Positions 1-13,827 of a stretch of DNA of 64,000 bases are shown one piece after another (position 1 is the first letter of the stretch; the number at the start of each line of letters is the position of its first letter). The stretch comes from Octopus sinensis (Eukaryota): positions 25,544,001 through 25,608,000 of the forward strand of contig NC_043017.1 in the NCBI RefSeq assembly GCF_006345805.1. The letters are read 5' to 3'. The position numbers and the translations under genes are program-made. The notes under the pieces are model-generated. The model was not told the origin of the DNA and ran no database searches. It saw only the letters and a program-made list of their open reading frames with translations.

Positions 1-469
1 TGTATATATGTGTATGTATAAGTTCATATTATGTAGTTGTTATATATACATATACACACACATAGATATGTTCATATTGTATGCATGTGTTTCTGTGTAT
101 ATAAAAATGTATATATATATATATGTATATACACACTCATATGTATAAATAGCATCCTATAACTGGATGCCCCTCCCATTTTCAACCTTTGCTCTTCCCT
201 GTCTTCGGCTGTTTCACCATTCCAGCTGTTTTTGTTTATGGTGTATATAAACAATGTCACTGCTAAAACTGTGTCAAGCAAAATACACAATAAGAGGAAA
301 AGAATTTGCATTTATTTACTCGGAATTAACTGGCATATAAATCAATTATAGCCCTAGGTACACATACACACATATACATGTATATGTACACATACACACG
401 TATAAGTACACATACACACACACACACATATGTAGACATACATATGCATACACATATATGTACACACAC

Positions 470-684
470 TTTTTTACTTGTTTCAGTCATTTGATTGCGG
501 CCATGCTGGAGCACCGCCTTCGGTCGAGCAAATTGACCCCAGGACTTATTCTTTGTAAGCCTAGTATTTATTCTATCGGTCTCTTTTGCCGAACCGCTAA
601 GTTACAGGGACATAAACACACCAGCACCGGTTGTCAAGCAATTTTGGGTAGGGGGGACACAGACACACAAACATATACATACAA

Positions 685-729
<45 letters not shown>

Positions 730-890
730 GTGTGTGTGTGTGTGTGTGTATATACATATGTATGATGGGCTTCTTTCAGTTTCCGTCTACCAAATCTACT
801 CACAAGGCTTTGGTTGACCCAAGACTAGAGTAGAAGACACTTGCCCAAAGTGCCATGCAGTGGGACTGAACTCAGAACCATGTGGTGGGA
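470..890 (-). mobile_element. SINE family 1 (tRNA-like head, conserved central domain, internal TA/TG microsatellite, LINE-like 3' tail)
   Basis: Reverse complement of the family seen in full at 13828-14232, 27803-28205 and 53098-53500. Confidence 0.9.
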
Positions 891-900
891 AGTATATATA

Positions 901-943
<43 letters not shown>

Positions 944-1857
944 CTTCTTTCAGTTCTATCTACCAAATCCGGCTTTTGTTGGCCTGAGGCTATAGTAGAA
1001 GACACTTGCTCAAGGTGCCATGCTGTGGAACTGAACCCAGAACCATGTGTTTGAGTAGCAACCTGCTTAGCAAACAGCCATGCCTGCGCCTGTATATGTA
1101 CACACATACAGATGTATCAAAAACCTGCCGTTTATGTTAGCCAAGGTAGACAAAACGCTACCCACACAAAAACCATAAATATTTATTATCATAATTACGA
1201 AACAAATATCAAAAGTGAATTATTCCTATTTCATTATGAAAATGCTAATTTAACAATGCATGGAATTCAGTGTGTAACTCAATCAAATGGCTACAATTTA
1301 AGTATTGGACAGGTATAATAAGCACTGCCTTTCAAGTGCAATGTTTATACTGAGTGTAAAACAATTAAATGCACATCCCATGTGTTTGACTCCGTAATAC
1401 ATAAAATGCAGAGCTAATGGAAGCTGAATAATAACTGGCTCCATTAAGTGTCATTGTAAAGTGAAAGTGAAACTAGGCACATGTGAGTGTGTGTGTGTTA
1501 GCCTCTAAGGATTGAAGTAATTTTAAGAGGTACTATATGAGTCTTTGTGAATGTATAGACTGGTAATTGAAAATGTGTCTAAATGCAGTTGCGTACAAAA
1601 TGCAAATGTGCATTGGATGCAAGCGTGGCTGTGCGGTTTAAGAGGCTTGCTTTGCAGCAGCCTTATAGCCTTGCTTTGGGATCAGTCCTACTGCATGGCA
1701 CGTTTGACAAGTTTTTTTCTAGCATAGCCCCAGGCTGACCAATGCTCTCAGAGTCAATTTGGTTGATGGAAACTGTGTGGAAGCCTGTCATATGTATATG
1801 TATTTGCACCAACCTTCTTCACATTATTTCCCACATTGTTTCTTATTTTCTTACTGT

Positions 1858-2237
1858 CCACCAACCACATGGTTCCGGGTTCAGTCCCACTGTGTGGCAC
1901 CTTGGGCAAGTGTCTTCTACTATAGCCCCGGGCCGACCAATGCCTTGTGAGTGAATTTGGTAGACAGAAACTGAAAGAAGCCCGTCGTGTATATGTATAT
2001 ATATACATATATATATATGTGTGTGTGTGTGTGTGTTTGTGTGTCTGTGTTTGTCCCCCTAGCATCGCTTGACAACCGATGCTGGTGTGTTTACGTCCCC
2101 GTCACTTAGCGGTTCGGCAAAAGAGACTGATAGAATAAGTACTTGGCTTACAAAGAATAAGTCCCGGGGTCGAGTTGCTCGACTAAAAGGCGGTGCTCCA
2201 GCATGGCTGCAGTCAAATGACTGAAACAAGTAAAAGT
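1858..2237 (+). mobile_element. SINE family 1 copy
   Basis: catggttccgggttcagtcccactg...ccagcatggctgcagtcaaatgactgaaacaagtaaaag, matching the other copies. Confidence 0.9.
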
Positions 2238-2384
2238 AACGTATAAACAGAGTTCAGTCCCACTACATGGCACTGAGCAAGTCTTGTCTTTCTGTCAGTG
2301 TTTGGCCACCACCACCACTTGATAACCAGTGTTAGTGTGTTTACATCCCCTGTAACTTAGCGGTTCAGCAAAAAAAGGACCGAT

Positions 2385-2600
2385 TGGCAGACACGTTAGC
2401 GCGCCGGGCAAAATGCTTAGCGGTATTTCGTCTGTCGTTACTTTCTGATTTCAAATTCCGCCGAGGTCAACTTTGCCTTTCATCCTTTCGGGGTCGATAA
2501 ATAAAGTACCAGTTTTGCACTGGGGTCGATATAATCGACTCAATCCCTTTGTCTGTTCTTGTTTGTCCCCTCTATGTTTAGCCCCTTCTGGACAGTAAAG
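2385..2600 (+). mobile_element. SINE family 2 (tRNA-like head; core cctttcatcctttcggggtcgataaa..aagtaccag)
   Basis: A/B-box-like head (ggcagacacgttagc...tttcaaattcc); same family at 4215-4460, 7822-8048, 10155-10388, 37350-37585, 47722-47947 and 48768-48992. Confidence 0.85.
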
Positions 2601-3283
2601 AAATATATAATAAGTACCAGGCTTTACCAAAAAATAAGAAGAACTGGGGTGAATTTGTCTAAAATTCTTCAAGGCAGTGCTCCAGGATGGCCAGTTTGAT
2701 GCTTGAAACAAGTAAAAGATAAAATACTGGGGTTGATATATTTCACTAAAACCTTCAAGGTGGTACTCCAGCATGGTCCACAGTCAATGTATTCAATTAA
2801 ACCCTTCAAGATGGTGCTCCAGCATAGCCATAGTCCAGTGACCGAAATGAGTAAAAGGTAGGCATGGTTTAATGGTTTTAAGAAGTTTCTTTATAACTAT
2901 GTGATGCCGAGTTCAATACCACTGCCCAGCACTGTGAAAATATCTTCTCCTCTGGCCTTTGGTTCACCTATACTTTCGTCCACAGAAACTTTGCTCTGAC
3001 ACACATCAATAATATGTATTTGTGGGCCAAACCCTTTTCTGAAATCTGTAGGGTGAGATTTTGTAAAGATTTGGTTGCTATTTCTAGCAGGTTTAATGAC
3101 TTGGTAGTCCTTTTTACTTCTTTATATTGTTTAACCCCAGGTCAACCTTGATCCAGCCAACTCATTTCACTGTGTAACATGGATTTTGTCCCTGGGTAGC
3201 AACAGTTATTTCCTATTTGCTTACTCTAAAGAAATTATGAAAAACGGCTCATATTTCCTTCAGACTCTGCTTTTGTAATATTT

Positions 3284-3500
3284 GACCCTTTAGTGTTCAG
3301 ATTATTCCGTTAAATGTAATATTTTTTTATTCAAATTGTTTTTAATTAATTCTGCATTTTCTTATAGCTTTTGAGGTTTCAATGATGTGATTGTTTATTT
3401 TTAGAATATCAATGTAGGTTAGGTGTGAGAGGCTAGATATCGCCAGTTTGAATATAAAACATGTAGAATATTTGGGCCGGTTTAAACACTTAAGGGTTAA
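3284..3500. mobile_element. piggyBac-like MITE (CCCT...AGGG ends)
   Basis: Imperfect TIRs ccctttagtgtt / aacacttaaggg, with TTAA at the right end. Confidence 0.5.
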
Positions 3501-3724
3501 ACAAACCTCAGATTAGATGCTGTGGAATTTTCTTATTTGGTCCTTATGATTTCTCTTGTATTCAAACAGGGTCTACTGTCCTTAGTTCTTCTATAAACTA
3601 GCTGAGCATGGCCGCAGTCAAATGACTGAAACAAATAAAAGAATAAATAGCTGTCATTATTAACCCTTTTTTGGGCAGCAAGCTGGCAGAACTGTTAGCA
3701 TTCTTTGGGGTTGATAAAAGAGTC

Positions 3725-3873
3725 AGCAGAAGTTCGCCATTACCTTCTGCTGGAGCCGCGTGGAGCTTAGGTGTTTCGCTCATAAACACACACATCGCCC
3801 GGTCTGAGATTCGAACTCACGATGCCCCCCGACTGTAAGTCCACTACTCTAACCATTAGGCCATGTGCCTCCA
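3725..3873 (-). mobile_element. SINE family 3, 5' fragment (tRNA-like head)
   Basis: Reverse complement resembles the head of 49297-49610 (gagttcgaatctcagaccgggcgatgtg...aaacacctaagctccacg). Confidence 0.7.
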
Positions 3874-4924
3874 TGTGATACTGAACCCTTCTCAGTATCA
3901 CCAAGTTAAAATTGAAGTAATCATTAGCTCTGGTTGTCCATAAACAGAAAGGCAACTTTGGTCAAGGAGCAGACATGGTTAACAATTAAAAAAAGCCTTT
4001 TACTCAGCAATTCCATTTCTTTTGTCAGACTGACATCTCAAGAACTACATCAACAAATGTCTCTTTTTTTGTCTTTTTCCAAGATGGCAAAATTGTAATT
4101 TTAGGAAGATTTATTCACCTTCTTGTACCTTGGGAGTATGCCCTGGCACCCAGTCACTATTACCTTTATCTGCCTTCCAGCTACTCTCATCCACCCTTGT
4201 ACAATGAAAGGAAGGTATCTATCTCCTTTATAGGTATACATCTATTTCTTTACTACCTACAAGGGGCTAAACACAGAGATGACAAACAAGGACAGACAAA
4301 TGGATTAAGTCGATTATATCGACCCCAGTGCATAACTGGTACTTATTTAATCGACCCCGAAAGGATGTCGACTGTGGCGGAATTTAAACTCAGCTCGTAG
4401 CGGCAGATGAAATACCACTAAGCATTTTACCCAGGGTGCTAACGTTTCTGCCAGCTCAGCCTTCAATGCCTGGCATAAAACCACCTCCTCCCTCCCAAAT
4501 ACACTCCCATTCATTTGAGGGTTTTTGTTTTCCCTTTTCCATGTCTTGCTAAAAGAAAAAAAAACACAAAGCTCCCAGTACACTCTGTAAATGTAGAGGT
4601 GTATAGCTTAGTGATTGGCTGGGCCCATGATTGTAAAGTTGTGGTTTCAATTGTTGAACTGAGTAATGTGTTGTGTTGTGTTCTTGAGCAAGACACTTCA
4701 TTTCATATTGTACCAGTCAACTCAGCAGGTAAAAATGAGTAATTCTGTGATGGATTGGCGTCCTGTCCAGGGAGGAATATCTCTATGCTAGAGCACCCAG
4801 GAAACCAGCCCTGTGTCCCCTCCCCGTTATGGAGTAATGCGGACTAACCACCCCACACTATGTAAAGCTGCTGGCATTAGGAAGGGTATCCAACCATGTC
4901 AGAACTAACAATGGGGCCCCGATA

Positions 4925-5211
4925 CAACTCACTCCTGCTCCAGAGCGTCGGCTGCGGGGTCACTCCGAAAAGCTCTATCTGCGACGATTTCATCTCAATC
5001 GAAGGAGAGGGGCTTTCTCTGTCCGGGTTGCGGATCCGTGGAATAAGCTGCCAGACGAGATAGTGAAGATGCCGATGACCGCTCGGTTCAAAGTCTCGTT
5101 TGACCAGAAATGGCCTGAACTCTTTGCTTGAACACCACCCTGTACATAACTCCATGTCCCCCTACATGGCCTTGCTTTTTGAGCCAAAACATTAACTTAA
5201 CTTAACTTAAC
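4925..5211 (+). mobile_element. CR1-like LINE 3' end
   Basis: Translates RGHSEKLYLRRFHLNRRRGAFSVRVADPWNKLPDEIVKMPMTARFKVSFDQKW*, the typical CR1 ORF2 C-terminus; followed by a (TTAAC)n tail. Confidence 0.85.
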
Positions 5212-5611
5212 AGCTTGTTGGATCTTTTGTCAAACTGCTCATCCTGTGCTGGGATTGGAAGTGGATGAGAAATGCTGTCGGTTTGGCTGCAGCTTCTAGC
5301 AAAACCCTTCACTGGTTTAAATAAACACTAATTTATTATCGTTGTTGTAGAGTCATAGGTTAACACTGATCAAACAGAGATCTGTGATCAAAGACATTGA
5401 AGCTGAGGCCATTCCATCTGGGTTTTTTCCAGACATACTGTATCTAGGACCGCATTTAACCTTCTTGTTCTGAGACATTGAGGTGTGATTGGAAAGAGAT
5501 CTTTGTTTTTCCTTTTCATTCTGTTTTTTTTTTTTTTGGCCACAGCTATTTTTAGTAGGTCAAGTTACTGCATAGAGAGAGAGGGAGAGGTGGGGGGGTT
5601 CTTTTGTATTT

Positions 5612-6061
5612 GTGTTGTTGTTGTTGTCTATACTTGTGTATCGGCCAATAAGAAGTGCTGCACTTCACAGGTCTGTCGAATTATTTCCATTCTATTTTCG
5701 TGCCGCTGGCTTTAAGTATTTGGTGGGTGGCAAGGTCGGAGGTCGGATGTCGAAGGTTAACGTCAGATGTGGTAGTATGCTGTTGTGCTTCTTGTTTCTC
5801 TTGTATCCCGTTCGGTGCATTCATGGACCAGAATCAACTAACATAACAGTTCCCGGGGACGTGGCAGTGTTGCTGTTGTTGTTGGTGGTGGTAGTGGTGG
5901 TGGCGGGGTGGGGCGTGTTGGCAGGGAAGGAGAGGAGGAAGCAGATGAGGGCAGGCCGTTCAGGCAGTGGTGGTGGTGTTGCTTTCTGTTTGACGGATTT
6001 CAAGATTCAAGACTACAGTTGTTTATTTACAGAAGTGCAGAACCTGAGGAAACCTGAGTAA
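5612..6061 (+). other. GC/CpG-richer unique segment: candidate promoter/first exon with an ORF resembling signal peptide + TM helix
   Basis: CCAAT at ~5644, CpG-rich, non-transposon sequence; ORF segment MLLCFLFLLYPVRCIHG...VAVLLLLLVVVVVVAGWGVLAG-KERRK; possible donor GA/gtaaaa at 6057. The hydrophobicity partly comes from GTT/GGT repeats. Confidence 0.3.
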
Positions 6062-6162
6062 AAAGATCATATACACACACACATGTACACACACACACAC
6101 GTATATATCAACAAACACACACACGCATATATCAACAAACACTCACATGCATATATCAACAA

Positions 6163-6207
<45 letters not shown>

Positions 6208-6798
6208 TGTGTATATATGTATATATATGTGTGTGTGTATAATAATGGTTGCTTTACTCAATTTCACCCTTGCTATATATGTATCAAGCACTTTAGATAC
6301 TTTTGTACAAATAACATGTGTATTTTGTATGTCTATATTTTATCGATATTTGTGTGTGTGTATATATATACATACACACACACACACACACACGTAAACA
6401 CACTGAGACACCCTGTAGAAACACTCGTGTGCTGGGCTTTTTACTTGGTATTAAATTCTTATGTAATGGAAGGAGATGTCAGAAACAAGTCTTGAGAATA
6501 AAAAAAAACAACCTATCTCTCCATATAAAACTGCAATAACAGAACCCCTCCTCCTCCTCCTTCAACCCCTCCATGTTTTGCTTCTTCCTCCACATTGTAG
6601 TTGTTGTTGCTGCTGTTGTTGTTGTTGTTTCTTGTTGCCAGTTTGTTGTTTTCTGTTGTTTTTGCCTTGCTTTCCTCTTTCGTTGTTGTCGTATATTTGC
6701 AAATGTGTTGTCGATATTGAAGTTTGTTATCATAGTTGTTGTTGTTGTTATGTATATCTGCAAACTCTTCCTTGTATGTATGTACATTCTTGTTATCA

Positions 6799-6835
<37 letters not shown>

Positions 6836-6936
6836 TATATATATATACATACATATATATATATACATACATTATATATATATACATACATATATATATA
6901 TTACACATACATATATATATACATATATATATATAT

Positions 6937-6967
<31 letters not shown>

Positions 6968-7667
6968 ATACATATATATACATATATATATATACACATA
7001 CATATATATATATATGAGCCCTTTTGTGGTTAGCGTCATGTATTTGCAAGCCCCTTGTTGTTGGTTATTAATTTTTGTTATCGCTATTGGCCAGCCCCTT
7101 ATCTTGTTTTTGTTGTCACTAAATATTTACCAGCCCCTTATTTTTGTTATTGTTGTTACTTTTATATTGGCAAGCTTCTTCTTCTTATTATTATTATTAT
7201 TATTGTCACTACATATTTGCAAATTCCTTCTAAACGGCGTTATTACCCCCAATTCTCCCCCTCTTGACACCCCCCATCTGTGTTTATCTTAATTTGTTTC
7301 CCCTCTCTTTGTTATTGTTTTGGGAACAAGCTGTTGCAAATTGCCACTTAATATCAGTACAATCCCAGAATTCCTTTTTGGCCATGTGTGCATCTGTGTG
7401 CATTTCACGTGCACACCTTATCAAAACAAACAAGCACATCCGCATTCATTGACTCGTACTCTTTACACAACGCTAACCTTCTCTGACACGCGTACCCCCC
7501 CCCCAGCCACACAATACGCACCCCGTACATAAGTGAAAGGCTCTCTGTCTCTTTCAACAATGGGTATTCACTCTTATTAATCATTAAATCCTTTCGTTTC
7601 CATATTTCTGTTGGAATATACCAACATTGTTTTAATTAATTTTAGAAATAACAAAAAATATACACAA

Positions 7668-8145
7668 ATAGGAGTGGCTGTGTGGTAAGTAGCTTACTTA
7701 TCAACCACATGGTTCCAGGTTCAGATCCACTGTGTGGCACATTGGGCAAGTGTCTTCTACTATAGCCTTGCGCTGACCAAAGCCTTGTGGGTGGATTTGG
7801 TAGACAGAAACTGAAAGAATGTGGCAAGCTGGCAGAAACGTTAGCACGCCGGGCGAAATGCTTATCGGTATTTCGTCTGCCGTTATGTTCTGAGTTCAAA
7901 TTCCGCCGAGGTCGACTTTGTCTTTCATCCTTTTGGGGTCGCTAAATTAAGTACCAGTTATGCACTGGGGTTGATGTAATCAACTTAAACCCTTTGTCCT
8001 TGTTTGTCCCCTCTATGTTTAGCCCCTTGTGGGCAATAAAGAAATAAGAAACTGAAGAAGCCTCGTATATATATACATATATATGTGTGTGTTTGTGTAT
8101 GTGTATGTTTGTCTCCCTCACCATTGCTTGACAACCGATGGTGGC
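7668..8145 (+). mobile_element. SINE family 1 interrupted by a SINE family 2 insertion (7822-8048)
   Basis: SINE1 resumes after the insert; agaaactgaa(a)gaa is duplicated on both sides, like a target-site duplication. Confidence 0.75.
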
Positions 8146-9389
8146 ATGTCTACAATAATAATAAGAAGAAGCTTGCCACTATAAAGTAACAACAATAACA
8201 AAAATAAGGGGTCGACAAATATTTAGTGACACCAAAAACCAGATAAGGGGCTGGCAAATAGCGATAACAAAAATTGATAACCAACAACAAGGGGCTTCCA
8301 AACCACTTTAGAGTGTGCTGAGTATTTTTACGTGATACCAGGGTCCACCTGAGTAAAATTGGAATCAAAGGGGTCCATAGGTAAAAAAATGGTTGAGGGT
8401 CACTGGTCTAGAGGGTCCTTTCATTGAATTCACAACTGTACAGGTTCTAAAATATATGATTATACAAGGCCCCTTGGTGGGTGGGGGGGCCTAGCAACTT
8501 CTTTTGTTATCGAAGCTTACATATTCAACAAGATGACTAAATATTATGTTGTTCATGCTGTTGTTGTCATTGTTTAACTCTAATTCCATATCATGGTTTC
8601 ACATTATTGTATTCAGGAGTTTGAGCAGTGACCCCCCCCCCCCCCAGCAGACTCTCACTGCAGTTGTTACAGCAAAAGACAAGATGATAGCATATCACAC
8701 TGCAGCATGTGGCGTTACTGGTGCTTTTTTTCTGGACCCCCAGGCTACCAACTAGCATGGGGTCACGGCCTGGAAGCAATCACAGGCACTAGATGTGAAC
8801 GGAAACTTGTGGAAGGCTATCTGGTACAGACCTCTATCTGTAATTTAAAGGGGCCCCCTCCTCCCCAACTTTATTACACACACATTGCGTCATACTGGTT
8901 TTGTGACTGACTGTGATGTACTCAGCCAATTACACTGTAATTCAATTAGTAAATTGATTGGATAACTAGATCTACTTGTCATCAAAACTGACAGAGGATT
9001 TAGTTGCTTACATTGTGTGTATTTATTCAAAGATATTAGTTCGTTAGAGTTTGTCTTTGTTTGTTTGCGTTAATATTATCGTGTGTTTGCGTTAGTTTAT
9101 CCCAAATTGGCTCCGGCTTAGCAAACATCTCATCAAAGGCTGACCATATTGTCTTTTATTCAGACACTGTGTATCTAGGAATAAATTGTCTAATGTGTCT
9201 TCGAATGTGTGATCTTGCTGTTAAGTTTTTGCAAGGTTAAATATACCCAGAAGAAGCAATAAATTGTACAATGTTCAAGATTAGTGGATTATGTAATCTT
9301 CATGGTGCTTGCATTAAGAATTTCTCTCATCCTTATCATGTGTGAAAAAGTGGGTTTTTTTTTTTACAAATGAGGTAAAAAAAAACTGC

Positions 9390-9715
9390 AAATTTTCCAT
9401 CACGATGTAGGACAAGATACTGTGATAGCCTGGGCTTCAGAGGCCCACAGCTCTTCAATATCCTCCCGAAGAACCTGAGAGACCTGCATGGGGTAGATGC
9501 AGATGTCTCTAAAATAAAACTGGATCTCTTCCTGTCAGGTGTCCCAGATGAACCAACTACACGGCAGGAGGTGCAGATGAGGGCAGCTGCATCGAACTCT
9601 CTCATGCACCAAATGGCAATTGCTAAAAAGCATTCGTGAAGTAAAATCATGTAGCAACACCAAATGGCGGTGCCCCAGCATGGCCACAGCTCGTGAGCTG
9701 AAACTAGATAAAGAT
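9390..9715 (+). mobile_element. CR1/L2-group LINE 3' end
   Basis: Encodes SLGFRGPQLFNILPKNLRDLHGVDADV.KIKLDLFLSGVPDEPT; tail ggcggtgccccagcatggccacagctcgtgagctgaaac; same family as 23705-24497. Confidence 0.85.
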
Positions 9716-10982
9716 AAAGATATGGGGTCGGACTACTGGCAGGTTATTTGGAAGATTGAACAAATAGATGTTTCATTTTCTAATTTTGCACTGAGAGATT
9801 TGGTTGCTATGTCCAGCAGGTTGAGCAACTGTGGAAGTATGTGGCTTATTAACTAAAGTATTGGACTCATGATTGTAAGATTGTGGTTTCAATTCCTAGA
9901 TGGGGTGATGCATTTTGTTCTTGAGCAAGACACTTCATTCCACGTTGCTCCAGTCCCCTAAGCTGGCAAAGATTAGTAATCCTGTGATGGACCAGGGTCC
10001 CATGCAGGTGGGGAATCTATATGTCATGGAAATTGAGAAACCGGCCCCTATGAAGTTGGCATGATTCGAGAAGGTAACTAACTTCACAGGTTGAGCAACC
10101 ACAAAAAGGACTCCTCTTTAGATTTGTTTTGGTGTCATCATGTCGGTCTGTTTGGTGGCGAGCTGGCAGAATCGTTAGCATGCTGGGCGAAATGCTTAGC
10201 GGTATTTCGTCTGCCGTTACGTTCTGAGTTCAAATTCCGCCGAGGTCAACTTTGCCTTTCATCCTTTCGGGGTCGATTAAATAAGTACCAGTTACGTACT
10301 GGGGTCGATATTATCGACTTAATCCGTTTGTCTGTCCTTGTTTGTTCTCTCTGTGTTTAGCCCCTTGTGGGTGGTAAAGAAATAGGTATGTTTGGTGGTG
10401 GTTGTGTTACTCTGTTATGGACAGTCAGTTTAAGTGTCTCAGTGTTAATGTGTTTAAGTCTGAACACTTGTCTTGGTGTAGTGTTCTGTATGTGTTCATT
10501 TTCATTTCTATGTGTTTTACTTGTATGGTTGTGTTTGAACTGTGAGCAATGAATTGCTCATTGTTGTTTGGCCCCAGAATAATCCTGAGAGAACTGACCC
10601 ATGATATAAAAAAACCCCACGTGGTTTATAATGATAGGGAGTTGGCTGTACTGACCAGCGAGCTGTAGGTTTTACATTAGAGTGGCCTTTTCCTAGGGCT
10701 GGAGAGCTCCACCAACCCTGGAATTGATGCAGGGGTGTCAAAGATGACACTGGACTACCTAGAGGACTCCACTCTTTGATTTGCTATTAAGGTTGAGTCT
10801 GTCGGCTTTTTCTTTTTTCAAGGAACTCCACAAAGCAGTGAGGGTTTGTGCTTAGAGTTTCTTCTATAGAATGCTAGCTAACCCATAGTGGGGACATTGG
10901 CAGGTGTTACTAATCTGTGTGAAAGTAGACCTGAAAACAATAATAGCTCAGAAGTGGTTCCGTACCATGAAACCCAGGAGCT

Positions 10983-11301
10983 TCCATACCAGAGCTTCAT
11001 GACTGAATGCAGTTCGCTAAGCCTAAAGAGTGGGGTCAGATTGTGACGCCTGGTCCTCACTTTTGAAACTACTAAGCACAGGCAGGAAGAAAAGGCCATC
11101 AGCATCAAGAACTCGTTTACATAGTCACTTCTTGAGACCCTATCAATGGTTTTCAAACATGAAAAACACTGTCATAATATCTGGGGTCACAATATTCAAT
11201 ATGCCCATCTTTCCAAGATGGCAGGGTGTAATTTGAAGGATAATATTTTTTAGTGGGGTGAATTATTGCAGAGAACAGATTGTGTTTTAGTGATACTTTC
11301 T
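10983..11301. repeat. Dispersed ~320-bp repeat of unknown class (second copy 20936-21261)
   Basis: Near-identical sequence ttccataccagagcttcatgactg...gtgatactttct at both loci. Confidence 0.85.
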
Positions 11302-11506
11302 GATGTTGAGTTACCTGTCTGTCTGTTTGTCTGACGTTAACTAACAACAGGGGCTTGCAAATACATGATGCTAACAACAAAAGGGCTTATATCTGTCTGT
11401 CTGTCTATATATATGTTTATATGTGTTTTGTGTTCGCTCAGTTTGTGTTAGTGTGTTTGTATTGATGTCCCATGTGAGTAAGCACAGGTTGTGATAATGT
11501 GTTTGT

Positions 11507-12105
11507 TATTTCTTTACTGCCCACAAGGGGCTACAGACAGAGGGGACAAACAAGGACAGACAAACGGATTGAGTCGATTATATTGACCCCAGTGTGTAAC
11601 TGGTACTTATTTAATCAACCCCGAAAGGATGAAAGGCAAAGTCAGCCTCCGTGGAATTTGAACTCAGAGCATAGCGGCAGGCGAAATACCTATTTCTTTA
11701 TTACCCACAAGGGGCTAAACATAGAGGGGACAAACAAGGACAGACATAGGTATTAAGTCGATTACATCGACCCCAGAGCATAACTGGTACTTATTCAATC
11801 AACCCCAAAAGGATGAAAGGCAAAGTCGACCTCGGTGGAATTTGAACTCAGAACGTAGCGGCAGACGAAATACCTATTTCTTTACTACCCACAAGGGGCT
11901 AAACATAGAGGGGACAAACAAGGACCGACAAACGGATTAAGTCGATTACATCGACCCCAGAGTATAACTGGTACTTATTTAATCAACCCCAAAAGGATGA
12001 AAGGCAAAGTCGACCTCGGTGGAATTTGAACTCAAAAGGTAGCGGCAGACGAAATACCGCAAAGCATTTCGCCTGGCATGCTAACGTCTCTGCCAGTTCG
12101 CCGCT
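11507..12105 (-). mobile_element. SINE family 2 head-to-tail trimer (184-bp period)
   Basis: tatttc unit starts at 11507, 11691 and 11875; only the last unit has the complete tRNA-like head. Confidence 0.9.
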
Positions 12106-12289
12106 TTAATGGTTGTGATAATGTATTTGTGTGTACATGAATGCTTGAGTCTTTCAACTCCCTTATATTACATACACAAGCCCCCCTATCATATTTGTAT
12201 TTAGTATGCACAAACTCTCCTGATGCACTTCCTCCTTAGCTAAATAGTTGATTTTCATAACCAGCATCACTACATTGTTTCCCTTCTAC

Positions 12290-12632
12290 TCTTTTACTTG
12301 TTTCAGTCATTTGACTGCGGCCATGCTGGAGCACCGCCTTTAGTCAAGCAAATCGACCCCGGGACTTATTCCTTGTAAGCCCAGTATTTATTATATCGGT
12401 CTCTTTTGCCGAACCGCTAAGTGACGGGGACATAAACACACCAGCATCGGTTGTCAAGCAATGCTAGGGGGCCAAACACAGACACACAAACATACACACA
12501 CACATATATATATATATATACATATATACGAGGCTATAGCAGAAGACACTTGCCCTAAGGTGCCACGCAGTGGGACTGAACCTGGAACCATGTGGCTGGT
12601 TAGCAAGCTACTTACCACACAGCCACTCCTGT
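12290..12632 (-). mobile_element. SINE family 1 copy with internal deletion
   Basis: Head and tail are present; the central-domain segment is missing at ~12530. Confidence 0.85.
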
Positions 12633-13827
12633 GCCTATCTGTCTTTCTCTTACCAAGTGAATAAAATATTTCGCTGAGGCGGTTTAATAAGGTGTAAACA
12701 AATCTGTTGGCTTTAAGAGCCAGCTCCCTTTCAAATGAGTATCTGATTTTAATTTTCAAAAAATTTTGGTTAGTTGACCTTATTGGAGATATCTACCTTC
12801 TTTGCAGTTTTTAGATTCTAAATATTCCTAGAGGGAGGTTTTGCCAACTAATTGCACAGATAATCTTACCATGTGTACACTTTCTTGCTAGTATGTTTGC
12901 ATGTGTGTTACACTTGTGTATGATGCGTGTGCTTTTGTTTGAGAGAGTGTGTGTGTGTGTGTGAGTGTGTGCGTGTTGGAGCTTAAGTTAGTATTGCATA
13001 TCATATATTGGTACACTTGTGTGTGTGTGTGGGGGGGGGGGCTTATGATATTTCATGTTGTCAGTGTGTATATTTGTTAGTCTCTCAGTATATTAGTATT
13101 GTATATTAGTATTGTATCGATATAGTTGTGTGCGTGCGTTATTCCTTTATCTCTTGTTAACAGTCTTCTGGTTTGGTGCCAACCAAGCTGGGAAGTTGCC
13201 AAAAAATATTGTGATCTCCTCTTTCGCTGTTTCTCATACTTTGCTTTCTGACAGATACTTAAACTATACACACTACACACACACATATTCATGTATTATA
13301 CACTATTATATATTCAAAGACAATACAGTGTACAACTATGCATTTACCATGTATATACACTTAACAATACACGGTACCCCTACACACACACACACTTGAA
13401 GTTCTGCAGAAAACCATGTACTCAGAGTCATATACACACAACATTATATGCATTTGGTGCTATATACACACTGCTCTACACATTCTGAGACACATAACAC
13501 TGTTATTTACACATTTATACAACAACATACAAATATATTGGTATGTACATCCATCACACACATACAGACATATTTCATGAAATGCACACACATATACACA
13601 CACACACGTGTCTGTGTGTATATGTATGTATGTTAATGTATGTATGCGTGTATATATATATATACACACACACACATGCATATATATATATGCATACACA
13701 CATACCTATACACACACACATATATATGTAGATTTATATACACACATACACATTGCTATACACAATTACATGCATTCATACAACTATAACTGCACATTCA
13801 TAGATATTCACAAGTAGTTGCAAGTAT

